This document shows positions 10,016 to 18,924 of a DNA stretch of 64,000 bases, one piece after another. Under the pieces are notes generated by a model. It saw only the letters and a program-made list of their open reading frames with translations, was not told the origin of the DNA and did no database searches. The position numbers and the translations under genes are program-made. The DNA comes from an uncultured bacterium (GTDB taxonomy: Bacteria > Zixibacteria > MSB-5A5 > UBA10806): positions 64,001 to 128,000 of the forward strand of contig CBEUCH010000004.1 in assembly GCA_965541585.1 (NCBI GenBank), given 5' to 3'. How positions within the stretch are numbered: position 1 is the first letter of the stretch; each line of letters begins with the position of its first letter.

Positions 10016-10398
10016 ATTAATCTCATCCTATCCCTATTTATTTCACGACTATCTAAACTAGTCAGGCTACGGCAAAAGTCAAGTTTTCTTGAAGGCGAAT
10101 GGCATATCTATAGTATCGAAAAGACTATGTCAGGATAGCGGTGATTCCTCGCTTGCCAGCGTAATAGACTTTTTCCCAGAAGGTTAACATAAGGGCGGCC
10201 AATGTGATCTGCCGTCAAACGGACCGCCACCCATGATATCTAAGTTCATGGCATCTTTGTCATTTTGGCAGTGCGTATTACTATATATGTAAAATATACT
10301 CATTTTTTTCGTATTGACAACAAGGAATATTGCGCACATTAAGGGCCAGCCGCTGGAGGAGTGACCATAATCTCATTAAATTGCGAAAGGTGAACCAA

Positions 10399-10947
10399 AT
10401 GACAAAGCTTTGCGCTTTGGTAATAGGCCATAAAAAGGCCAGCTCGGGGGCGAGAAATGAGACCCGGGATCTCGGCGAATTCGATTTTAACGACGATTTA
10501 GCGCATCGGATTGAAAAGAAAACCGAGCATACCGAGATCCAGAGGGTATACCGGAGGACCTACGGCCAGTTGCCGGAGGATATAAACCAGCTAAATCCGG
10601 ATTTCATCGTGAGCCTGCACTGCAATTCCTTCAACAGGGAGGTATCCGGTACGGAAGTTCTCTATCATCACAGGTCGCAAAAGGGCCAGCAAATCGCCGA
10701 AATCATGTTGAGACATTTAGTCGGTTGTCTCAATCTTCCGAGCCGGGGGCTAAAACCGAAAACCACTGAAGACCGTGGCGGCTTACTTCTTAGATACACA
10801 AACGCTCCATGCATCATCGCCGAACCGTTTTTTATCGACAATGATGAGGATCTTAACAGGGCACAGGAAGATTTAGGCGGATTGGCGGAAGCCTACGCTA
10901 AAGCGATCGATGAAATATCAGAGGTTGTTGAGAAGCGTGATACATAA
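10399..10947 (+). CDS. N-acetylmuramoyl-L-alanine amidase (Amidase_3), single domain
   Basis: VIGH...E, VSLHCN, GTEVLY and IIAEPFFIDN motifs; ATG 10399 follows an AAGGTG RBS. Confidence 0.88.
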   Translation: MTKLCALVIGHKKASSGARNETRDLGEFDFNDDLAHRIEKKTEHTEIQRVYRRTYGQLPEDINQLNPDFIVSLHCNSFNREVSGTEVLYHHRSQKGQQIAEIMLRHLVGCLNLPSRGLKPKTTEDRGGLLLRYTNAPCIIAEPFFIDNDEDLNRAQEDLGGLAEAYAKAIDEISEVVEKRDT

Positions 10948-11021
10948 TACTGGCCTGCTTTTTTAACTTTGATCCGGCCAACCACGCCTGCGGCGTGGGC
11001 GTGAGTGAAATCCACACAACA

Positions 11022-11168
11022 GAGCAAAACCGTCAGATGCGGATAGCGGCTGAAAAGGATGATGCATCCGGGCCGCCCTTAGAGGATATTACCTGACGTC
11101 ACAAAGATCAGGTGGTTCCCCGGAGAATTAATTCTCAGAGGGCGCAGGTCACTCCTGACGTTTTCTGC
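11022..11168 (+). ncRNA. Candidate structured RNA of unknown family
   Basis: Closing stem (AAAAC/CGTCAG with CTGACG/TTTT) enclosing several hairpins, followed directly by an intrinsic terminator. Confidence 0.35.
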
Positions 11169-11175
11169 CGAAATG

Positions 11176-11204
11176 GGGCTCTCCAGCCAAAGAGCCCTTT
11201 TTTT
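11176..11204 (+). terminator. Intrinsic terminator
   Basis: GGGCTCT-8 nt-AGAGCCC followed by T7. Confidence 0.8.
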
Positions 11205-11469
11205 ACCCCGTGTCAAGAATACGACAACACGCAATGCCTGTTGTGCGAACATATCTATAAGGATCTTATGTTGTTGAAATATCAGTTTTTGAGGTAGCCG
11301 ACGATTATTCGCCGGTGAAAAGTCCTTTGAAGAAATAAAAAATTGGTCTATATACTAATAGCTTGAGAACCGTAAAATGAGGTAAACCTGCCGTGGAAAT
11401 TACGAATCTTGACTTTAGTATTAGTGAAAATCACATGGGGGAGAGAACTGGATATCCTTTCAACCAGGC

Positions 11470-12993
11470 ATGAATAATAACATCCTAGAATCAAAAACAG
11501 TCATCTCCGGTATCCGCTGGAGTGGAGCGATCCAGTTTGTGGGGGAGAGTATCCGTATAGTGGTCTCCGTAATACTGGCCCGGCTTCTGGCTCCGGAAGA
11601 TTTTGGTCTCCTGGCGATGGCCTCCGTTGTCACGGGTTTCCTGGTGCTCTTTCAATATTTAGGGACGCGCGGAGTTATTATCCAGAGAAAGGAAATCCCG
11701 CCGGAGCTTGTAAACAGCCTGTTCGTTCTCAATCTGGCGTTAGGTTTCATAATAGCCCTGGTTTTACTTTTGGGCGCTTCCTATTTTGCGATTCTCTTCA
11801 AAACCAGCCAGGTAGCTCCGGTCATCCGGATTCTGGGGATAGCATTTATTATAACATCAATCGGGATTGTGCCCGGTTCTCTGCTTGCGCGAAATATGCG
11901 TTTCGACCTCATTGCCAGAGTCAGATTCATCGAAGTTATTGTTTACGGCGGTGTTGCTATTATTCTCGCATATTCAGGATGGGGAGTATGGGCCCTTGTT
12001 GCCGCTAGCCTGATCAGTTCCGTCGTCTCGACCGTCGGTCTGTGGATGGTATCTCGCTGGCGCCCAGGCTGGACCTTCAATTGGACAGAGGTAAAAACTG
12101 TAGCCGGTTTTAGCCTGAATTTGACCGGTTCCAGCATCATCGAATACGCCACCCGCAATGTGGACAGATTTATAATCGGGCGCTGGCTCGGGTCTGCGCC
12201 ATTAGGGTATTACTCAATTGCCAACAGATTCTGCCTGCTCCCAATGGACACGATCGCCCCCGTGCTAATGAGGGTCTTGTTTCCTGCGCTGTCACGTCTT
12301 CAGGATGATTTAGCCCGGCTTCAAAAAATCTTTCTGCGGGCATGCGGCGGAATTGCATTCATTACCTTACCATTAATGACCGGATTGTGCATCCTCGCCG
12401 GTCCCTTCGTCATGGCGGCGCTGGGAGCTAAGTGGAAACCTGTAATCCCGCTTATTATGTTGCTTTCTCCTATCGGCGTATTGCGGTCGGTCTCCGCGCC
12501 GGCCAACGGCATACTGCTGGCTATGGGAAGAAGCGACTGGTTATTCCGAGTGATGCTCATAACGGGCATAGCCGTCACGGCCGGCATTCTCTGTGGCCTT
12601 AAATGGGGAATACTCGGAGTGGCATCGGCTTACGCTATAGCAATGGTCCCGTTGACGTATTTGCGCTTCGCAGTCTCGTTTCGCTTGATCAAACTTAAAT
12701 TCTCCGACCTCTGGCGCAGTTTGCGACCATACATATTAGCAACTGCGATAATGGCGGGATTCGTACTGGCATGCAGGATCATGCTCGGCAATATGGGCTT
12801 CGAGTCATATCTGGTGTTGGGTATATCTGTTTTGCTGGGAATTGTTGTCTACGCATCCTTGATGCTATTTATGCGTCCACCCGCAGTTGCTGATATTCTG
12901 AAGATCCTGCCGGGGGATCATCAATGGCTGGAACGTTTGCTCGATACTACCGCAGGACGCCAAAAATCGAAAACCAGGGAGCATGATCTTTAA
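11470..12993 (+). CDS. Polysaccharide flippase (Wzx/WzxC, MOP superfamily)
   Basis: ILARLLAPEDFGL, GWGVWALV, D.FIIGRWLG...LGYYS; many transmembrane helices. Confidence 0.9.
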   Translation: MNNNILESKTVISGIRWSGAIQFVGESIRIVVSVILARLLAPEDFGLLAMASVVTGFLVLFQYLGTRGVIIQRKEIPPELVNSLFVLNLALGFIIALVLLLGASYFAILFKTSQVAPVIRILGIAFIITSIGIVPGSLLARNMRFDLIARVRFIEVIVYGGVAIILAYSGWGVWALVAASLISSVVSTVGLWMVSRWRPGWTFNWTEVKTVAGFSLNLTGSSIIEYATRNVDRFIIGRWLGSAPLGYYSIANRFCLLPMDTIAPVLMRVLFPALSRLQDDLARLQKIFLRACGGIAFITLPLMTGLCILAGPFVMAALGAKWKPVIPLIMLLSPIGVLRSVSAPANGILLAMGRSDWLFRVMLITGIAVTAGILCGLKWGILGVASAYAIAMVPLTYLRFAVSFRLIKLKFSDLWRSLRPYILATAIMAGFVLACRIMLGNMGFESYLVLGISVLLGIVVYASLMLFMRPPAVADILKILPGDHQWLERLLDTTAGRQKSKTREHDL

Positions 12994-13016
12994 TGGATCG
13001 CCACCCCGGGTAGCCA

Positions 13017-14420
13017 ATGAAAAAAGTCTTAATAATTGACTATGATTTTCCTCCCGCACGTACGAGCGGCGTCTACCGGCCGTTGAAGTTCGCAAAATAT
13101 CTTCCGGAGTTTGGATGGCAACCTATCATCCTGACGGTCAAAAACTATCCCCGTGAATTCATGGATGAAACGCTGCTTGATCAACTTCCTCCCGATACTG
13201 TTATAAGGCGTGCCTACTCATGGGAGTTGGTAAGATTCGAAAAGGCGCTTTTCACCAGACTTTTTAAAAGAACACCTCAACCGGCCTCGTCTGCGGGAGA
13301 CTCGGATCCGGAGAAACGCAAATCGAGAGCGACGCTGCTCTCCTTAATAAGGAAGTATATTCTCTCTCCTTTGAGCTGGTTCACCAACAGTTTTCTTTAC
13401 GTTCCCGATGATAAGATAGGTTGGCTGCCTCTGGCGGCTTATGAGGGATTTAAAACCATCCGCAGAGAAAAGATAGACCTGATTTTTTCGACTTCACCGC
13501 CGGAAACCAACCACATGGTCGCCTTATTTCTAAAACTCATAACTGGCAAACCCTGGGTAGCCGAAGTTCGCGATCCCTGGACCGATAATTCCATCAGGCC
13601 GGATTTCCCTGGAGTCAGGGTCAAATTTGAGAATTGGCTTGAACGTACTGTAATTCGCAAAGCAGATGCAATTCTGCATGACGGGTATGGAATGGCCCGG
13701 ATGGCGAGAGAAAAATTTACAGATATCTCTCCCGGAAAATTCCATGCCATCACAAACGGCTTTGATGAAGCTGATTTTGAAGGATTGAATGCCGGCGAAA
13801 TCTATGCAGAAAACAAAACGACATACCTCAATCTGGTTAATGTCGGCACTATTTATGAGCGCTCCGCGTTCGAGCACTTTCTGAAGGGATTTGCAAAAGC
13901 GCTTGCCAGCCAGGAATGCGGTAATAATATGCGTATCACTCTCATCGGGGATGTGATTCCCATGTGGCGGCAGATATTGGCAAAAAAGCCGTTCAAAGAC
14001 CATGTAGACTTAATAGGTTTCAAACCTCATGGAGAAATGATCCGGCTGATAATGGAGGCTGATGTACTATTGTCGATTTCTTTCGCCGCTGATGAGCGAA
14101 CAAGAGACAAGATTATCCCCGGGAAGATATTTGAACTGATACGGACAGGCAGACCGATTTTTATGATAGGCTGGGAGGGCGAATGCTCTGAAATCGTCGA
14201 AAAAAGCGGATTAGGGAAGTTTGTTCCCTCGCATAACGTAGATCTCATTTCAGAGACCATAATAGAATATTATAACAGGAAAGTGAATGACGAACTGGGA
14301 ACAACACCCAACTGGGATTACATTAACCGGTTCGAGAGAAAGAATCTCACGGGAACTCTGGCGGAATTTTTTGAGTCGGTCCTGGAAAAATGCCCCCGAT
14401 ATTCCGACGAGAATTCCTGA
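13017..14420 (+). CDS. Glycosyltransferase family 4 (GT-B)
   Basis: YDFPP...R.LKFAKYL, STSPP, RDPW, ITNGFD, PGKIFE motifs. Confidence 0.88.
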   Translation: MKKVLIIDYDFPPARTSGVYRPLKFAKYLPEFGWQPIILTVKNYPREFMDETLLDQLPPDTVIRRAYSWELVRFEKALFTRLFKRTPQPASSAGDSDPEKRKSRATLLSLIRKYILSPLSWFTNSFLYVPDDKIGWLPLAAYEGFKTIRREKIDLIFSTSPPETNHMVALFLKLITGKPWVAEVRDPWTDNSIRPDFPGVRVKFENWLERTVIRKADAILHDGYGMARMAREKFTDISPGKFHAITNGFDEADFEGLNAGEIYAENKTTYLNLVNVGTIYERSAFEHFLKGFAKALASQECGNNMRITLIGDVIPMWRQILAKKPFKDHVDLIGFKPHGEMIRLIMEADVLLSISFAADERTRDKIIPGKIFELIRTGRPIFMIGWEGECSEIVEKSGLGKFVPSHNVDLISETIIEYYNRKVNDELGTTPNWDYINRFERKNLTGTLAEFFESVLEKCPRYSDENS

Positions 14421-16027
14421 GTAATTTTATTTTCTATTCTGAACAGATTCCCCAATCCCCAGACTCCACCGGAAACCGGGATGGTTCTATGATCTTGCCT
14501 GATTAAATCCAGTATTCTTTGTTGTTGCTGAATTGAATTTCCATAAAGGATAACACTGACATAAGCGCTTTTAAGGCCTAATTCAGTTTGCCATATTTCA
14601 GGGTGGTCCAACAGATATCGTTGATCGGCGGCAAACATGAGCTTATCATCCGGGATGTGCCAGAAGATACCCGGCAGAACGCCCCTTCTGACATTGTCCA
14701 CCAAAACCATATCGAAACTTCCCAACAGTGCGATTTGATCCATTTTCTTACCTTCCAGGGAATTCAAATACAGCATATCCATGCTACCGAACAATGTTTG
14801 TAGAAAACACAAGCTTATAAAGAGGATTACTTTAAACCTTCCAAAAATCCGTATGATAAGGACCGGCAGGAAAGCAAAGAACGGCCAGGCCATAACCAGG
14901 TATCTCGGAGCCATGGCGTGCAAGGGGCTCAAGAAGCAGAGATAACTGAGAACGGTAATTCCAGCCGTCCATAGAAGGAAATATAGAACATAATATCCGG
15001 TAAAGTTTATTTTTCGGAAATGGTCGGCCATATCCGGACGTTTCTTGAAATAGATAACAGACAGGCCGACAAGAAGGGATATCATGAGCAGGGGGTATAC
15101 ATACTTGTATATGATCGCAGGGGAGAATATGAATATGAACGGCATACCATGCCAGAAGAAAGTACCGAATGTCAATACGACCGCTTTTAACCTTGTTATG
15201 ATTTCTGCATATTGAAATGTCTGGGCCTGCGCCGTCTGTAATTTAGCGGATAGCAGAAAATCCGGATGAACTAAGAAAAATATAACCAGCCCTGCTGCCA
15301 CAGAAATAAGCCCGGAAGCCAGCCTGCGTCTGTCTATTTTGATAAGTCTGGCAATCAAGAATAGAACGCATCCGAGTATAATGAATGAGAAATGGTAATG
15401 TGTCAGCGCACCGGCCGCCGTCGATACCGATAAGAGTATGAATTGTAACAATCGGAAATTGCGCGTCATATCAGCGCACCTGACAACCTGCAAAACCAGG
15501 AGTATGGTACAAAATGCGAGAAGATCATATTGCCTTGCCTGGCCGGAAACCAGCATCACGGTAGGGCTCAGGGCCCAGATGAACGCTACTACGGCGGATT
15601 CAGCAGGATTTTTTAGAATGCTATTTGCCAGAGAATATAGCAATGGAATTGCGATTATAGAAATCAGGATGTTTAACGAGGGGCCGGTCCAGAGGTGAAT
15701 TCCTAAAAGAATAGACCAGAGGTGAAGCAGCCAGAAATACAGAGGGGGGTGGATATCATGCCGGGCAAGATCGGAGCCAATTTGGCTGAAACAAAATATT
15801 TCTTCTATTTGTAAAAATCTCTTCCATTCGGAGGCTTCGACCCAGGCGCCGAAGGGACTATTTCCATCAATGCGGGAATAATCGCCCTGGTGACCTGTGG
15901 CGGATAGGTAGGAAATTCCCTCGTCGTGATCCAACGTTTTTTTCCCCGCGGTTGCTACAATGCGCAACGCCGTGCTGAATATCATACCAAGCGCAAGAAT
16001 CAGAATAACCGATCGGGCCTGGCTCAC
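14318..16027 (-). CDS. Polytopic GT-C glycosyltransferase (GT39/ArnT-like)
   Basis: DHDE after the first TM helix, DIHPPLYF, ARQY and LTHY motifs. The 3' end overlaps the convergent GT4 gene. Confidence 0.8.
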   Translation of the reverse strand: MSQARSVILILALGMIFSTALRIVATAGKKTLDHDEGISYLSATGHQGDYSRIDGNSPFGAWVEASEWKRFLQIEEIFCFSQIGSDLARHDIHPPLYFWLLHLWSILLGIHLWTGPSLNILISIIAIPLLYSLANSILKNPAESAVVAFIWALSPTVMLVSGQARQYDLLAFCTILLVLQVVRCADMTRNFRLLQFILLSVSTAAGALTHYHFSFIILGCVLFLIARLIKIDRRRLASGLISVAAGLVIFFLVHPDFLLSAKLQTAQAQTFQYAEIITRLKAVVLTFGTFFWHGMPFIFIFSPAIIYKYVYPLLMISLLVGLSVIYFKKRPDMADHFRKINFTGYYVLYFLLWTAGITVLSYLCFLSPLHAMAPRYLVMAWPFFAFLPVLIIRIFGRFKVILFISLCFLQTLFGSMDMLYLNSLEGKKMDQIALLGSFDMVLVDNVRRGVLPGIFWHIPDDKLMFAADQRYLLDHPEIWQTELGLKSAYVSVILYGNSIQQQQRILDLIRQDHRTIPVSGGVWGLGNLFRIENKITQEFSSEYRGHFSRTDSKNSARVPVRFFLSNRLM

Positions 16028-16061
16028 AAATCCACCTTAGAGAAGTATACGATTCTCATAA

Positions 16062-17204
16062 TCAGTGAATCATATCTTTAAATAGTGCAATCAATTTTTC
16101 GGCAGAATTTCTCACATCGAAACGCCTCGCAGCCTCCTCTCGAAACGAGGTAAACTTATCCCTCAATTCAGGTTCTGAAATGACCAGAGACATGGCATCA
16201 GCCAGTGCCTTTGAATCGTGAGAACGGATGCGGATTGTAGGCGTATTTTCAATCGTTTCCCGCAGCCCTACGCAATCTGTGGCTATCAAAGGGATACCGG
16301 AGCACAAGGCTTCGCAAGCCACCAGACCCCAGGCCTCGATGGTGGAAGGCATCAGAATTGCATCACAGCCCTTCATTATATCTGCTATATCAGGATTGAA
16401 AGGCAGGAACCGAAACGATCCGGCCAATCCCCTGCGTTCAACGTCTGCTTTGTATTCTTTCTCAAATCTTCCGGAGCTCATCGCCAGGACGATGATTTTT
16501 TTAATATGCTTCTCCCTCGTTTTTAATATCTCAACAGCATCTATAACATAGTTAAATCCTTTCTCCGGCTCGAACCTGCCGAAAAAGCCGAAAATGAACG
16601 TATCCTCATTGCATTGAAGCCTGTCGCGCAACCGATCGCCCGCCCCGGGCAAGTCATTCAAAAAGCGTTCCGGCTCTATACCGCTTCGTATGGCCACCCA
16701 TTTTGCCCTGGATTTTTCCAGACCGGGAAACAACGTTTTAGAATATTCGAGAATATCGTTTCCGACGCCATGAAAAACTGTTACGGTTTTCAATGAATTC
16801 CTGAATATGAATCGCTTCAATTTACCCAGCTTGCCCTGAAGATATATCTCCATCAGAATGCCATGTATGGTGAAAACGTGGGGAATACGAAACAGCCAGC
16901 TAACCAATGAGACATGAAAAGCCGATATGAATCCATTGCTGTGAACAAGATCGAATTTTCTCGTCAGTAACATCCATGCTGTCCAGAAAAATAAAGCGTT
17001 CTTACCCAGAAATGGCCTGGCCCATATCACCTTTATATTCTCAGCCTTCATATCTTCTTCCAGATACTGTCTTTCGACGGTGGGATTGGCCAATAGCGTG
17101 ATTTCGAACTCATCCTTCGGGAAATGATGATAATTATACTTTAGATAGGTCCTGATCCCGCCCCAGGGCCACATACATACAATAAGTACTCTGATCCTTG
17201 TCAT
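16062..17204 (-). CDS. Glycosyltransferase family 4
   Basis: GGIRTY, FFGRFEPEKG, EAWGLVACEA (E-x7-E). Confidence 0.9.
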   Translation of the reverse strand: MTRIRVLIVCMWPWGGIRTYLKYNYHHFPKDEFEITLLANPTVERQYLEEDMKAENIKVIWARPFLGKNALFFWTAWMLLTRKFDLVHSNGFISAFHVSLVSWLFRIPHVFTIHGILMEIYLQGKLGKLKRFIFRNSLKTVTVFHGVGNDILEYSKTLFPGLEKSRAKWVAIRSGIEPERFLNDLPGAGDRLRDRLQCNEDTFIFGFFGRFEPEKGFNYVIDAVEILKTREKHIKKIIVLAMSSGRFEKEYKADVERRGLAGSFRFLPFNPDIADIMKGCDAILMPSTIEAWGLVACEALCSGIPLIATDCVGLRETIENTPTIRIRSHDSKALADAMSLVISEPELRDKFTSFREEAARRFDVRNSAEKLIALFKDMIH

Positions 17205-17346
17205 GTTCGTTACCGCTTGTTGAAGGATCTTAAGGAGGAATTATCCGATATCTCAAAATTATCCTTTATCATCCAAAATCCAGTCTGAAAACTATAAGGC
17301 ATTTATCTGATTCGCAAGCCTTTTATAATTTTCACCATGAAAGCCG

Positions 17347-17374
17347 TTGACTTCAGAAAAAAATGAAGTAAATT
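17347..17374 (+). promoter_or_regulatory. Putative sigma70 promoter of hdrCB
   Basis: TTGACT-16 bp-TAAATT, overlapped by a CTTCA...TGAAG inverted repeat. Confidence 0.4.
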
Positions 17375-17457
17375 ATCTGCCGAAGATGTCAGGCACGGGA
17401 GTTGTTCTGCCTTAATCCTCACGTCCCTCCTGCCGACCGCATCATTCGAGGTGGCCA

Positions 17458-17955
17458 TTGGGTGACGATAAGCAAGTGCAAGCACCGGCGAAGTACAAAA
17501 TTAATTTCGCCTTCCGGGAAAAGTTAAATACCATACCCGAGGGATTCAGGCATAACTACTGTTATCAATGCGGCGCCTGTGTGGCCGATTGCCCGGCGGG
17601 CAACTATTCGGAAAAGTTCAACCCCAGGCTGATTCTTCTTAAAGCCATTCTTGGTTTCGAGGATGAGTTAATCAGCCCGGATTCCGAAATCTGGGATTGC
17701 ACCAATTGCTATACCTGCTCCGAGAGGTGTCCGCAGGACGTCCGTCCGGTCGATGTCATAATAGCTCTGAAAAATCTCTGCGCCAGGGAGGGCAAAGCAC
17801 CTCCCGTAATCGGCAATATCTACAACGCCGTTCTGGCAACGGGAATTACGACGAAGATATCATCGCTTGTGGAGAGGCGCCGACAGGAGTTCGGCCTGCC
17901 GCCGTTAAAGGAATTCCCGGTTGACGATTTGAAGAAAATTTCCGAGGCTGACTAG
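17458..17955 (+). CDS. hdrC: Heterodisulfide reductase subunit C-like
   Basis: CYQCGACVADCP and CTNCYTCSERCP; immediately upstream of hdrB. Confidence 0.9.
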   Translation: MGDDKQVQAPAKYKINFAFREKLNTIPEGFRHNYCYQCGACVADCPAGNYSEKFNPRLILLKAILGFEDELISPDSEIWDCTNCYTCSERCPQDVRPVDVIIALKNLCAREGKAPPVIGNIYNAVLATGITTKISSLVERRRQEFGLPPLKEFPVDDLKKISEAD

Positions 17956-17956
17956 C

Positions 17957-18853
17957 ATGCCCGATGAATCCTTAAAAAAATATATCCCGTTTTTCGGCTG
18001 CATGATGGTCACCAAATATCCGCAATTCGAGTCGGCCGTGCGCAAAACTGTGGCTAAGATCGGAATGGAACTCGTGGACGTTGACGGTTTTACCTGTTGC
18101 CCCGATCCCATCTACTTCCAGGCGCGGGATAAGATGGAATGGTATACAATTGCCGCCCGCAACATATCGCTGGCCGAGGATCTGGGGTATGATATCATCA
18201 CGACCTGCTCGGGCTGCACCGCCACCCTTTCAGAGGTCAATCTGGCCCTGAAGGAAGATCCGGATCTAAAAGAGAATATTAATAAGCGCCTGATGAAAAT
18301 CGGCAGGCAATTCAAAGGTTCGATAAATGTCCGGCACGCCGTCACCGTCCTGCGGGATGATTTCGGTATCGACCGGATAACCAAAACCGTTACTCGGCCC
18401 CTTGAGGGATTGAAGGCAGCCGTCCATTATGGTTGTCATCTTTTAAAACCGTCGCGGGTGATGAGAGTGGACGACCCGGACCGCCCGACGATTCTCGAGA
18501 GCTTTTTGAAGGCTATCGGCGTGGAGCCGGTTTATCATGACAGAACTCTTTTATGCTGCGGTAAGGCCTGCACGACCGATACGATTCCGGATCGGATGGT
18601 TATTGATATCCTGGAGTCAATACGGGCTAAAGGCGCCGACTGCATGGGCCTGATTTGCCCGACCTGTTTCGACCAGTTCGATGTCAAGCAGATCATTTTG
18701 AATCGAAAATATAAAAAGAATTTCGAAATACCGGTCATCTACTATTTTCAGCTTCTCGGCCTGGCGCAGGGACTGAAGCCGGAAGAGCTCGGGCTCCATC
18801 TGCACAAGATCAAAGTCGATCGCATACTTAATACGGTAGCGGTGGCATCATAG
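17957..18853 (+). CDS. hdrB: Heterodisulfide reductase subunit B-like
   Basis: FFGC, TCCP, CSGC, HYGCH, CCG, CPTC: two CCG domains. Confidence 0.92.
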   Translation: MPDESLKKYIPFFGCMMVTKYPQFESAVRKTVAKIGMELVDVDGFTCCPDPIYFQARDKMEWYTIAARNISLAEDLGYDIITTCSGCTATLSEVNLALKEDPDLKENINKRLMKIGRQFKGSINVRHAVTVLRDDFGIDRITKTVTRPLEGLKAAVHYGCHLLKPSRVMRVDDPDRPTILESFLKAIGVEPVYHDRTLLCCGKACTTDTIPDRMVIDILESIRAKGADCMGLICPTCFDQFDVKQIILNRKYKKNFEIPVIYYFQLLGLAQGLKPEELGLHLHKIKVDRILNTVAVAS

Positions 18854-18924
18854 AGATCCGCGGTCATCATACAGATCCGCAGGAAAATATATTATTTCAC
18901 ACGACAGGGGGGACGATCACCCCT

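Noticed and set aside
11112..11297. 61-aa ORF in the amidase-flippase gap
   Set aside because: No RBS or motif, and it runs through an intrinsic terminator.
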